Shown: positions 1 through 12,396 of the stretch, piece by piece | How positions within the stretch are numbered: position 1 is the stretch's first letter | How the letters are laid out: each line of letters begins with the position of its first letter | Source: Octopus vulgaris | Taxonomy: Eukaryota | NCBI GenBank assembly: GCA_951406725.2 | Contig: OX597832.1 | Span: 71,728,224-71,792,223, forward strand | Direction: 5' to 3' | Length of the DNA stretch: 64,000 nt | Program-made: the position numbers and the translations under genes | The notes under the pieces: model-generated | Databases searched by the model: none | Told to the model about the DNA's origin: nothing | The model's input: only the letters and a program-made list of their open reading frames with translations

Positions 1-372
1 AGTGTCCATGAAAGATGGATAGGTAGTGTTGTCACCATAATAACTAATGAAACTCTCACTATATAACTGTCTACTATTCAATGAAGGTACATGCTTGATT
101 AAAAATTATTTTAACAGGTCAAGGAACATTAGTTTCAAAGAATAGGCTCCTCTTCAAAGCTCAAACATTGCATCACCTCTAATTACATGTTGACAACACT
201 AGAAAGTTTGAGTGTCACATATAATACAGTACAGTTCACATATTTGGGATAATTTTACTATATCATCTCACATAGAGACATATACTAAGGAACACTATTC
301 AGTTGACCGACAAAGATTCACTACAGCCATTACTTTAAAAATGTAATTTTTTTTTATATCACCAGCTTTTCT

Positions 373-450
373 ATTGATGGGTTTGGGCACTAGTGTTTAA
401 GTACTTAACAACTGTTAAGTACTTAAACACTAGTGCCCAAACCCATCAAT
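373..450. repeat. Perfect inverted repeat, 38-bp arms, 2-nt loop
   Basis: attgatgggtttgggcactagtgtttaagtacttaaca-ac-tgttaagtacttaaacactagtgcccaaacccatcaat. Confidence 0.95.
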
Positions 451-454
451 GTTT

Positions 455-1120
455 TCTGCACTGCACCTACCCCTTTGTTCCACAGGCCACCAACAATAAT
501 TGTTTTGTTAATATCTTCTGTTCCAGTCCTGTTCCAGATTTCATACTCTACATCAGAATAATACTCTGTTTTCCCTCCTGTTTCTTTATACTTTGGTGTC
601 AAAAGGGCATTTCATTACAATACATAGTTTCTTCTTGCCAATAACTACAATATCTGGCTTGTTGTGTTCTTTTCCTTTGGTTTCTAAAGAAAAGTTCCAC
701 CTCACTTTATTATTTTTGCACTCGTTTCTGTGCATGCAAAACTGAATTTCTTGACAAAATTCCAGTGAATTATCGCAACAATTTTATCACGCTCACGCTG
801 TTTGTATTCGTCTTATCTAACTCTATACATTCTAATACAATGTAAACAATTGTTTCTTCTGACTCATTACACATTCTGCATTTGGGAGTGCAGTCTAGTT
901 AATCTGTCAGCTCTTGGTCCAATTTAATCATAGGAAATATACCTGTGCTTGTTTTGTATAATTGGCAGAGAAGAGTGTAATTACAAACAAGATAGGAGAG
1001 AGGCTGTTACCTTGAAAGTTTCTGCTAATCTTTTCCTTCTGATGTTAAACTCTTACTCTCCAATCTTGTTATTGCATTTTCTATTAGGCACTGAATGCTT
1101 TTTAAGATTTTGAACAATTC
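455..1120 (-). mobile_element. Decayed R4/Dong-like non-LTR retrotransposon, C-terminal Cys knuckle and restriction-like endonuclease (RLE) region
   Basis: Minus-strand fragments TPKCRMC, RERDKIVAIIHW, WNFS, HNKPDIVVI, with stops and frameshifts. Confidence 0.6.
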
Positions 1121-1354
1121 TAGAAAAGAAAAAAAATAGAAAAAATGGGTGTGGGGAAAGGCAGTTAATAATTGGTGTTGAGGAATTGCTGAAAGAGATA
1201 GACAAATTTATGCATCTAATAGATCAATTATTGAAAAATATATGACTTAGTTGCACACTTGTGGATCAAGCCCACCACATTGTTTGACTCAGGACCTGTT
1301 TTGTCAAATAGATGAAGTGTGAAAAAGCACATTTAACAAATAGTGAACACACCC

Positions 1355-1780
1355 GTTGTTTAACAGGTACATGTGATGTACCTGTTAAAACAATCTTTTG
1401 CACTTCATGTATGGATGGTAAGCCAATGGTCATCATCACATAATTCCTTTTTTGAAAATTTTAAGTGCTCCCACAATTACTGGTAATGTAACCATCTTCA
1501 GATGCCACATTTTTTCAATTGCAATGAGCAAATTTTTATATTTTCTAGCTTGTCAAATTCTTTTGTCGAGACATGCAATCAATTAACAAACTTTATTGTT
1601 TTGTTCTTTCACAACAATATCCAGTTTATTAGCTTTCATGGTTCTGTCTGTATACTGGGAAGTTCTTAAAAATTGTTGTTACCATTCGACCATTTGTCAA
1701 CAGTTTTGTATTTTTAATGCCGACATTAAAACCAGTGTTGGCCAACTCTGTCATGTCTGGTGCTAAAACTTTTCATTCAG
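1355..1780 (-). mobile_element. Second decayed R4/Dong-like RLE C-terminus
   Basis: Minus-strand fragments RHDRVGQHW, NKLDIVV, KLEKYKNLLIAIEKMWHLKMVTLPVIVGAL, LPSIHEVQKIVLTGTSHV. Confidence 0.7.
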
Positions 1781-2439
1781 AAATTAAAATAGATATAAGG
1801 TCAATAACCGAGAGGTTTTCAGTTCGAATCGCATGCGTCTCGAGATGGGCTAGAGAATTTCTATTTTGGATATATTTGAAGTGTTTGCTTCTGCCAAGGG
1901 TATAAATAAGTATTTCTTTTGAACTAACTCTGAAATCAGGATTTTTTAGAAATTTCTGTCGGCTTTCTTCAAAACGCATGCTTGTAGTGATAAATTACAT
2001 GGTTATTGACGTTATGTCTATTTTCGGCTATTTTGGGTAAGCTAGGAGATGAATGGCAGCCAGCAGCATAGAAATGGCTGGTAATGTTAGTTGTTGGGGG
2101 AGAGCACAATTGATGGCTAATCAAGATGATTGTAGAAAGAGATATACAATTAAAAAAAGTGATGTACAGAAAAGAGAATGATAGAAAGGGAATAATGCAA
2201 ACTGCAGTTTACTGTGGAGAACTAAGCAAGTTCATTTTGCTGCTCTAATTGTGTAAGAAAAAAATGTTTTGTAGATGCGGAGAGAACGCGACAGTTAGCA
2301 CTAGACAGATATACATAGTGTCACAATCAAGTCCTCGGTATCATAAGCACAACACATAAGGAGAACGTGTTGTAATAGGAGAGAATAGTCAAAAGTGGAA
2401 AAGCATGGAAAAAATACTTCCAAAGGAGGGAAGGCCAGG

Positions 2440-2850
2440 CCTTCAAATAAAATATACGAGATAGCTGAAAGATAGAAGGGATACTGGGAGCTAGCCACAG
2501 ATTTGGAAAGACTTATTATTTCCACACATAAAAACAACAAAAAGACCAGACTTAATCATATAGAACACAGAACAGAGAATTGGAATTTTACTAGATCTGA
2601 CAGTGCCATGGGAAGAGTAACGGAAGGAGAAGGGGTATGGTAAATTAATTGATGAGTGTGGAGAAGAGGGATGGACTCGTCAAGTATTACCATTTGGCAG
2701 TGGTGGCTAGAGGCTTCACTGAAAGGAAAATGACGACATTATTTAAAAGAAGGTTTGCCTTTTCGAGCTCAGAGCTGAGAAAAGTAATAAGAAGGATACA
2801 GGAGGCTGTCAACAAAGCCAATTTCTATATGTGGCTGAAGTGAGAAGAAC
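2440..2850 (+). mobile_element. Decayed RLE-type non-LTR retrotransposon 3' end (HERO/NeSL-like)
   Basis: LTVPWE motif (ctgacagtgccatgggaa), then VVARGF ... EAVNKANFYMWLK, typical RLE C-terminal motifs. Confidence 0.55.
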
Positions 2851-4102
2851 CGAAATGGTTCAAAAGCCACAACATGCTGACTAGGAGGTGGTATCGCTAG
2901 GTGAAGCTGGCTGACACTTAAGCAGCATCACTGATTGACAGGTGGGCTAAGGTAAAAGTCTTGTTCATAGTGCCCCCTCCTCCTGGTTCGAAGGCTTGTA
3001 CCACCAAACAGCTGGTTGGCTCTGGCTGCTGGAACTAAAACTAACACAATACTGTTGGAAAGCAGGTTTAGAAAGGGCATGAGCTAAAACTACACGCCTT
3101 TCCCCTTCATTGGTCAGTTGAAGCTAGCTTAGACAGTGTCACGTGACAGCTGGTCCTGACTGGCGAGTATTTAAAGGGAAATTTGACAGGATGGTCATTT
3201 GCCTGCTTACATTCATTGACGCTGCATTGAAGAAACCAAAGAACAGAAGAAAAAAGGAGAAAAAAGAAATGCACTCAACACCAGAGCAGAAGACACCTGA
3301 AAGGAGGGAGACCACCATGTAGAAAACGGCAGAGGAGTAGGGGCCGAAACTAGACGTGGTTCCTCCTGATGATGACTTTAGCCAGGAAACATGGTTGGAA
3401 TTCGCATATGAATATGTTTTACAAAATTCCTAATGTGAAATTGTGTTGAAACAGATATTGTTATATTTGGGGATGGTATGTTTTTCTTTTTTTAGTTCAT
3501 TCTGAAGACAAAATGAGCTAAACAGGGGGGATGAAGGGTTACTGAAGAGGTCACAGGATGTGTGACAAAAGATTTCCAGAAAAGGACATAGAATAAGAAC
3601 AATAATAAAGCTGAAGAGAAGAAGGAATACATATTGTGCATGTGTATTTGGCAAAAAGAAAAAAAAATACTGGTCTTTTTTTTACCTTTTTTCAGAGCTA
3701 GTATCAACTTGAAACTGTCTCTCATGAATTTGTGAGTATGGTGGAAGAGTGAGAGAGGAGGAGAACAGTGGAGGGGATTTTAAAACTATCTTTCAAAGCA
3801 AGGGTTCTGCGTAGGATGCCAGGTGTGGAGGAAAACTTGATAGGAGCTGGTTGATAAAATGGAGAGGAAGTGAGGGAGAGATATGGGGAGAAAGATGGAG
3901 AGAGGAAGAGGGGTATAAGTTAAGGAGAGAGTGGGAATAGAGTGTCCTCTGTTTGGTTGAATGGAGAAAAAAGTGGGGAGTACAAAGTGGAGGAGGAAGA
4001 AGAGGGGAGGAGCTGTCATCCCTATCATTGCCATCATCATCATCATCATCATAATCATCATTCATCTATTCATTCTATTCTGATTTAGAAATAATATCTT
4101 AC

Positions 4103-4181
4103 CTTCAAGTCCCACATTGCCGGAATTTTGTTCAGTAAATCCTGAAGATTTTTCTGACAAACTGCAAGAAGCCTATTATAT
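4103..4181 (-). pseudogene. DNAH1: DNAH1-like exon (C-terminal domain) with internal in-frame deletion
   Basis: AG|(R)YNRLLAVCQKNLQDLLNKIPAMWDLK|GT; lacks the KALKGLVVMS... segment found in dynein heavy chains. Confidence 0.75.
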
Positions 4182-5249
4182 CTAAAAGACCATTCAAAAA
4201 CACATTATGTATTAAGAATTAAGTCTAGGTTGATGAAGATGAAGTGCATATAAGAAAGTGATGTATGGCTCTAAGGCCTGATATTAAAGATTGTAAAAAA
4301 ATAAGGTGAAAATCTTTTGAATGTGGAATGCTAATATGAAAAGGAGAGCTTTAATCAGCTGCTAAGAAAGTGGTTGGACATTCAAGTATAGTGAGAAGAT
4401 GACTAGATTGACAGGATATATTATGTGAATAAAAAGGAAGTCATGGTGGGGACTCATTGTATATTTACTGTAAAAGAAAGGCATCTGCGGGAGAGCAAGT
4501 AAAACAGAAGACAAAGTGGTAAGATCAAATTTTTATATATTTGACCTCACAGAAAATGAGTGAGATATGCTATGTGATAGACTCATCCAATCATACCATC
4601 AGGGAGAAACCAATGTCAAATGTCAAATCATAATCCAGCATTGGAAATTGTGAAGATGCAAGTGTAGTAAAACAACTAAGTAGTAAAGCTCAAGTCAGAA
4701 AGAAGTAGAAGGTCAATAATTGGTTATCTGTGTTGGTCAGAATTCTCAGTCATGAAGCATATATTGAGTGAGATGTTACATTGAATGCAGATGAGCAGAG
4801 GTTAAAGAGAAGTGAGGTAAGATATGTTAATTTACAAAGAGTTGAGAACAAATGCATTAAGAGAGCAGGCAGACATTAACAACCTCGAGTAATATGAACT
4901 GAGAGAACAGACATTACAAGATCTCAAACGAATAAGTGCAGGGGAGATAACTCTGTTGGTCTAAACAAGTAATTTCCAAAATGCTACAAAATATAAAAAT
5001 TCTTTATAAAACTAAAATTCAAATTTTATTTGACTATATGTTCCTAGTTTTTAGACTAAACAAGTCAATGTCACAATAAAATTTTTCAGCTTTTGCATTC
5101 TTGGACATAAGTCCTTGTACCTTAAAAATAATAATTTTCAAATGACCCCTAGAAGCTTGAAACTTTTGTTCATTAGTATACTGACATACTACAAAAAAAA
5201 AAGAAAGAAAGAAAAAAGAAAAAGAAAAAGAAATCAGCATTTTTGATGA

Positions 5250-5880
5250 CAGAGTAAGTAATGTACATAGGAACAAATATACATAGGAAAACACATGAAT
5301 AGCTCTTAGGCTTATTTTGTGGATATCATCATGCATGTGGTTAGCAGATACCCAAAAATGTCATCAAAGTTACTACCTTCGTATGTGGTAGAACATTGTT
5401 GCTACAATAATACACAATGCCACCCAGAAAAACGAATTTCCAAGAATAAATATAGAAAATCCTCTGTTATTGAATACATTGAATACACACACAAACATCA
5501 ACAGAAGAAATACTGGTGGAACATTCCCTTCAAAACATCTGTCAAGTCTAAACATGGCCGGCCAGACATTGTTGTTTGGGACACACAAAACAAAGTATGT
5601 ACTACCACAGAGGTCAGCTGTCTTGCTGATGTGAATACCACTTTCAAAATCAAAGAGGATAACAGTTGCTTCGAAGCCTCCTGCTTCTGCATCAAGATGA
5701 TAAATTCATATTTATACCAATACTAACTGGTGACCTTGGTTTGGTAAGTAAACGCCTAAGGGACAATCTAAATTAGGTAGGGTTTTCAGAAAAAAAAAAC
5801 ATTGACCAGCTAATTTGTACAATATAGAAACAATTTGTAAGTGGAACAATAAAAATATACAAGGCTTTTTTTCAAGTTTA
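5250..5880 (+). mobile_element. Decayed R4/Dong-like RLE C-terminus
   Basis: ORF 5319-5726 contains YWWNIPFKTSVKSKHGRPDIVVWDTQNKVCTTTEVSCLAD, a PD-(D/E)xK-type RLE signature. Confidence 0.7.
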
Positions 5881-5994
5881 AAATGTGACATTGTTTTTGT
5901 TATCTACATTCCAACATCTTTGTCAGAAACCAGCTTCTTCCTCAGAAGAAAATTTTAGATAATTAAAAACAGAAGAGGATATACATGCAAATAT

Positions 5995-6063
5995 GTATGT
6001 ATGTAAACATACGTTAACTCTCTAATATATGTATGTATATATACATACATGTATACATACATT

Positions 6064-6094
<31 letters not shown>

Positions 6095-6135
6095 ATGTAT
6101 GTATGTATGTATGTATGTATGTATGTATGTATGTG
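5995..6135. repeat. (TATG)n/(TG)n microsatellite
   Basis: Direct inspection. Confidence 0.9.
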
Positions 6136-6399
6136 ATAACTGCATTATTTCTAGTTCAATTTTAGATTCTGAGAGTAGATTCAATATATACAAAATGGTA
6201 ATATTTCTATTGCTAATACACCACCAGAACTGAGTAATTGTAGAAATAATTCCACTGTCCCCTTAACAATATCAAACTTCTCTGTCTCTCTTTCTCTCTG
6301 TAGTCAGTACCTAATTGATTGATAGCTCCTGAACACACACGCCTACTTTTTATATATTGCTCTCCACCTCTAAAACTTTACTAGTGAAAGCTAGAGTGG

Positions 6400-7230
6400 G
6401 AAGAAATAGTTGACTAAGGTGGTTTATACGGAATGTCATGTGTGTTTGGTGCAATTTCAAAGGAGTTTGGTACACTTTGAATTTCTCTCATGTTGTGAAT
6501 GCTCAGCCTGTCCTGATCTGGGCGACATATTGTACCAAAACACGGCCTCGACTGGTGAAATGTGACCCCTCTCTGCCATGGCCTTGATGGTACGATGATG
6601 CCTTTCCACCACCCCGTTTCCACTTGGCCGGTATGCCACCCTGAAGAAGCGGTTGACCTTCCACTCATCAAGCATTTCTCTCAGCACATCCGAGCGAAAT
6701 GCAGTGCCGTTGTCCAGAAGCAGTTCATCAACGGGGCCTCGTTCCAGGAATATCTCATTCAACACTTTCACAATTTCTTCTGCAGTTCCCGACTTCATCT
6801 CCCTCCATATGGCGAACCTTTATGCTCATGTTGTGAATGCTAACTTTTATGCTCAACTACCGCAATGAGTATACGATACTTTGAAAGCCGACTGGCTGGC
6901 ATTGATCAATTGAAGAAGCCCACTCCTACAGAATGACAATGCCTCAGTACACACTACCAATGTAACCAAGTGCAAACTTCAGACATGAGGGGCTGGAAGT
7001 TCTGCCTACAGTCCACATATTGCATCATCAAATTACCAACTTTTCTGAGCCATTTCCTGAATAGAAAAAGGATCAACAATGTGAATGAAGTTGAAAACAG
7101 GTGTAGGGAGTTTTTGCCTCTGAATCAGCCAAAAGTGTGGAATTGAGCTTCTAACACAACAATGGCAACAGACAACAGAATATGATGGTATATATTTTGA
7201 TGAATAAGTGCTTTTCATATGTGATTTATT
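6400..7230 (+). mobile_element. Decayed mariner transposase remnant, interrupted by an integrase fragment
   Basis: Plus-strand fragments CVWCNFKG, VHFEFL, LLQNDNA, YSPHIASSNYQLF (degenerate YSPDLAPSDY motif). Confidence 0.65.
6502..6818 (-). mobile_element. Isolated ~317-bp copy of the Gypsy integrase core (matches ~8304-8620)
   Basis: About 4 substitutions versus the neighbouring element; flanked by the 17-bp direct repeat ctcatgttgtgaatgct (6487-6503 and 6825-6841). Confidence 0.92.
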
Positions 7231-7401
7231 TGAATTATTAATTAAAGCTTAAAATACAAAAAAAAAAATTACAAAAAACATTTGACTCAACCTGATATTC
7301 TTCACAAAAACAACATACTTGCGCAGTGCTATTTATTTATACACAAGTATACACTAAACATAAATGACACTACATCAAAGGTATTAAAATTTATATCTTA
7401 C

Positions 7402-7541
7402 CAAGAAGTCATTATGACTTCTTGGACAAGAACTGTGTTCCTAGATTGTTCATACAATATTGGGTACTGTTCCATTACACTTTTCAAATGAAATAAGTTA
7501 GGGAGATGCTGTATGATATCTTTGGCTGTTTCTTCTGTCAC
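7402..7541 (-). pseudogene. DNAH1: DNAH1-like exon
   Basis: AG|VTEETAKDIIQHLPNLFHLKSVMEQYPILYEQSRNTVLVQEVI...|GT, matching the dynein YPxxYEESMNTVLVQE motif; 3' end altered by an inverted duplication. Confidence 0.88.
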
Positions 7542-7578
7542 CTGTTTGGTTAAACAATATATACAAAAATAAGTATAG

Positions 7579-10180
7579 GGTAGTGTCGTATGAACGGTGA
7601 AAAGAGTACAACAGAAAAAGGAAGAATGGAATGTAATTGGGTCTTACCTAGTCGGAGATGAACTTGGATCGCCTTTAGCCAACTCGCTCGTCTCGTCCCT
7701 TCGTCATGTCTGAGTCAACTGCTCGATGCCGCACGTGCGTTCTGCCTGTCACTTCCGCTTCCGCCGGCGCATGCGCCCTGCAAGCCCTGCAAGCTCCACT
7801 TCCGCTCTCCCCCATCCGTCACACTCCTTCACCATCACACCACATGCCCCCCTGATCTATAGATCACTGAACCGGCTTCCTCACTCGCTCTCACACCTGA
7901 AACTGGTTTCATAATCAGCCAACCAAGGAGGAGGGTGCCGCTCCCTCTGTGGTCGCAGTGCGACCCTAGGACTTGTTCCTGGTGTGTTGCTGCCGACCTC
8001 ATCATCCTGTCTGTTGTTTTCGTCTTGCCCACTGCTGCTTGTCCCATCCACTGGGGTATGGACAATCCTCCGTATGTCCAAAACATGGCGTGGCATACCA
8101 TCGACCGAGATGTTATTCTTTGAATTTACGGAGGTTATTGTCCCCTTTCCCCATTGCGATGTACACCATGCGTTTTGGGGTTTTACCCAGACTTCCTCCC
8201 CGACCTGCATGAAGGCGTGCTCTTCCTCTGCCCCAGGTCGCATTGATGTGGTACACGGATGCCTCCACTCGTACCTGAATATTGCCCTGTGTGGCACCGA
8301 CTCCTCAGCCTGTCCTGATCTGGGCGACATATTGTACCAAAACACGGCCTCGACTGGTGAAATGTGACCCCTCTCTGCCATGGCCTTGATGGTACGATGA
8401 TGCCTTTCCACCACCCCGTTTCCACTTGGCCGTTATGCAACCCTGAAGAAGCGGTTGACCTTCCACTCATCAAGCATTTCTCTCAGCACATCCGAGCGAA
8501 ATGCAGTGCCGTTGTCCAGAAGCAGTTCATCAATGGGGCCTCGTTCCAGGAATATCTCATTCAACACTTTCACAATTTCTTCTGCGGTTCCCGACTTCAT
8601 CTCCCTCCATATGGCGAACCGCCCCGGTCCGCAGTCAACCATTGAGAGGTATGTCCCCTGCCGGTAGTGTGTTATGTCCACCGCCAGTCGTCTCCAGTCC
8701 TGGTCCACTGGAATACTTCCCGCTTCATGCACGACCGGAGCAGGGTCGATGGACTGGCACCTGTCACAACTGCTAACCACTCTCTGCACGCTCTGTCTTG
8801 TTACGTCGGAGTCAACTTTTCTGGCTAGGAACAATGTCCTGTCCACACCCATGTGATGCATGGTGTGCAGTCTCCGTAACTCCGAGTCGCTAAGATGGCA
8901 TACTGCAGCTACATCCTGCTTCGCATCCTCTGGCACCTGCAACCAGGCTCGCTTTACCCTGGTCAGGACGTCTGCCCTGTTCTTCTCGGAAGGCACAAAG
9001 ATCACGCTCAGCTTCAGATTGAACTCAGTGGTTAGTTCACGTAGTATTCCTAATCGACGCTTTACCAGCATCTCTGCAGCCCCTTTGGTCCGCACCCTCC
9101 ACTCATCGGTGATGACTGCTGTCGCCCAACCAAGTACAGTGGCCGAATCAGTCCTGATTTCTATGGTGTGCAACCCCCACTTCAAGGCTAGGTTCACCTC
9201 CTTCAGCACGGCATCCAACTCAGCCACGTTGATATGATTGCAGTCATCCATCTTCCTGAGCCAGGCCGCATCTTCCACCGTGACACCTCCCACTTCCAAG
9301 ACAACCCCTATTGCGATGCTACTGGCGTCACACCATACGATCCCGCTCTTTGATTTGGGAACATACCAGCTGCCCCTCACTGGGTCCTCTGCTCCTACTC
9401 TGACCAAGACTTCCTGCATCATGTCGATTGTCCTCTCCCCCACTTTATCATTCCACTTCACTCCTTCGGCTCGTCTCTTGATGAAGCTACATGCTGTCCG
9501 GAGCCAGCCCGCAATCGGGTAGTGTCCCACCAGCTTCCCACACACAGAGAACAGTTCCCGTCTACTCATGCTGGCGCCCAGTTCAGGGACCTCGCTGGAA
9601 CACCAAGGCGCCGGCCTTGTCTCTCCATAGCTTGAGGCCCAGTGCAGCACCTCCCTCCATAGCCTCTGGCGGCTTGGCGATCAGTCCAAAACTCTTCAGG
9701 TGGCCTATGACCTCCGTTGCTGGTATCACGGTTTCATCCACCAGAATGTCGTCGATGTATGAATTGGTGGCCCTTTTTACTCTGTCCACCTTCCCCAGGA
9801 TGGCCTTGAGAATTGTTGCCATAATCTTCGGCGCTGAATTCAGCCCGAATCCCAACCTGGTCAGACAGTACGTCCGGCCCCTATACCTGACGAGCTGGTA
9901 CTTCCATAGTTTCTCAGCCACATGCACCTGTAGGTATGCCGACTTTAAATCGACAATCGTGGAGGCTTCCGTCGTCTGCCTCCACTCTCGCAAGGTGTCT
10001 CCGCAGACATCCGTGGCCTCGCCGCCTGTATGACACGACACGTGGTCATTCAGCTCTCGGAAGTCGAGCACTGGCCTGACCTTACGCTTTGTGGGCTGTA
10101 TCACCGCCATCAGTGGCAGGACTCCGCTCTCTTCTTTTTCCCAGGGGATCAGTATGCCCTCCTTAATCCACCGCTTTTGA
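7579..10180 (-). mobile_element. 5'-truncated Ty3/Gypsy LTR retrotransposon: RT-RNaseH-integrase plus 3' LTR (~7579-7844)
   Basis: PVLDFRELN, DLKSAYLQ, YIDD, DAS/AELD RNase H, HHCC and DDE integrase motifs; purine tract next to TGTGG LTR start at 7844; frameshift near 9590 and TAA at 8433. Confidence 0.95.
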
Positions 10181-10454
10181 AAAAAAGCTGTCACACCCAG
10201 TTACTAGGGGCTTTTTTCCTTTGACTTTTACAGTGTCAAAATAAATGAACTAATTCCAATATACCAAAAGCAACAAAAATACTGTTATACTTTGTGCCCA
10301 CCTAACAACAGAGGAACATATACATGTGTTTGTGTGTGTGTGTGTGTGCACGCGTGAATGTATACATATATATATATATATGTTTGTATGAAGGTATTTG
10401 AGCACATACTTTTTTGAGTCATTGCTGCATTTTTTGTGAACTCTGTATAATCCT

Positions 10455-11430
10455 TGTTTCAGAAAATAATGACAGACTCTCAGCTAACCCAAGAAATGAA
10501 GAGGCATGCTGTTATTGAGCATAGTGATTTAGTTTCAAGTTTTAAAATCTTGAGTTTTAAAAGTTGCCATACCTTTCGTCTACAAAGTTTAAAAGGAGCT
10601 AGAGATTGAAGATGGAAATGTATCACCAGTATCAAAACATAAAAAGCATTCTTAACACTCTGAAATCCTCAGAACACTTGAATTTATACAACAGGTTCCA
10701 GGTCAACTGTCAGAAGGAACAGTCAGAAATGTTGTCCAAGAAGACATCAGATATAAATATCAGTTTGTCAGATCTAAAAGGTTCTTAAAGATTTGATTTA
10801 GTTTTTCTCAAACAAGAAAAACTTCGACCAAAATTGAAAAGTTAACAGAAGAAATGACAGATGGGTATGTGCAGACACTTCTTTCCTGCAACTGTCATGG
10901 TTTTAGGGGTTGTTAGCAATGAATGACATGTAATGCTTCCTTACTTCTTTCCACACGGCCCTAGAGTTAACTCTGCCGCCTACATTGAGGTCCTGGAAAT
11001 AATTGTTAAGCCCTGGATAGACATATATGTTTCAGCAAGACTCTGTCACACATGACTCCAGTAACACAGAAATGGATGGCTGAACATTTTCATGATCACA
11101 CAAACCTTAACATTTGGCTTCCCAATTCCCCAGATCTCAATCCATTGGAGTATTATATGTGGAGCATTGTTAAGAGAGAGGTCAATGAACAGGCCCATAA
11201 CACCAAAGATTCTTTGAAAGCTGCCATAGTCAGGGTAACGTCCAAAATGAACCAGGACCACTTGATTTGTGCATGTACATGATTTAGATCTCATAAAGAA
11301 GCAGTTGTTGAAGCTAAAAGTGGCTTTATTGAATAACATTATAGAAAAGAAGGTTTATTTTTTCCCTCATATTTAATAAACGTATCCATTTTTTTAATAA
11401 ATATAAATCTATCCTCAAATATCTTACACC
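10455..11430 (+). mobile_element. Decayed Tc1/mariner-superfamily transposon
   Basis: FQQDS and WLPNSPDLNPLEYYMWSIV catalytic-domain motifs; many stops. Confidence 0.8.
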
Positions 11431-11736
11431 CTCCTCTCTCTCTCTCTTTATATATATATATAGATGATAATCAGATTTTATCCATTTAGAATACACTTAG
11501 TAGTGCTCAAGAGATTTAAACTTGAGTGAGTATGGAAGTAAATGTAGGAATATTATTTGGGACCACCAAACCCACAGAAACAGCCGTTGGATTTGTAATA
11601 CTTCAACCCCTTTAATTTTCTATATCATTTGTATTCTGTGTAAGTTGGACCTTTTTGTATGTAAACATATTTACATTTTTTTTTATTTCATGTATTTAAT
11701 ACACTTTATGATCTGTCCAACTTGCTTATCCCTACA

Positions 11737-11746
11737 GAGAGAGAGA

Positions 11747-11814
<68 letters not shown>

Positions 11815-11857
11815 AAGAGAGAGAGAGAAAGAGAGAGAGAGAGAAAGAGGGAGAGAA
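11737..11857. repeat. (GA)n microsatellite
   Basis: Direct inspection. Confidence 0.95.
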
Positions 11858-12230
11858 ACAAATACAGGTGTATCAAATACTATACAACATACATTCTTGA
11901 TTTATGAAACTTATCCCCTCTGCCTCTAGAGTATGTCTCCTAATAGCAATTAAGACCAGATTCACTTAGGAAGGGGAGATAATCTGAGGAGTCACGAATT
12001 TCTCTTATTGTCTGGAAATGAGATAATGGTTGTGGCTCTGGCTCAATAGCCATCATCAACGCAATGTTTGTTTAACCTTTGTGAATGTGTTCTACTGTTT
12101 TGTTTTTTTATATATATAAGTCCCTTGGCTACTGAAAATAATAATATAGCTAAATTTAAGTATTTAAGTATAAATCTGGATATATCTAGAAGAACCAATT
12201 CATAAGGGAAAATTTATTAAGTACAGATAC

Positions 12231-12396
12231 CTTTTCTGCCAATGAATTCAAATAATCATCATTAATTGACATATAGGATTTTAATAGATTTGCTTTAATG
12301 CCTTTTGGTGGTTCCACTGTCATTTTGGAACTGTTTTGAAGGATAAACACTGGTGCTTGGCATGCTGGTTAGCCAAAGTCAAAAATCATGATGTAC
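12231..12396 (-). pseudogene. DNAH1: DNAH1-like AAA6 exon with premature stop and frameshift
   Basis: VHHDF*LWLTSMPS / PVFILQNSSKMTVEPPKGIKANLLKSYMSINDDYLNSLAEK; TGA at the conserved Arg of FRLWLTS; AG/GT intact. Confidence 0.93.

Noticed and set aside
1011-1119. Apparent AG/GT-bounded minus-strand exon
   Set aside because: Stops in all three frames and no dynein similarity; it fits better as part of the R4-like remnant.
3700-4020. Possible Penelope remnant on the minus strand
   Set aside because: Too degenerate to support by eye.
7935-10033. Plus-strand ORFs overlapping the Gypsy pol (and minus-strand ORFs at 23969-26785)
   Set aside because: Antisense shadows of GC-richer coding sequence with no motifs of their own.
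11522-11929. ERERER-type ORFs and the poly-L/poly-I ORFs at 21428-21752
   Set aside because: Derived from (GA)n and (ATT)n microsatellites.
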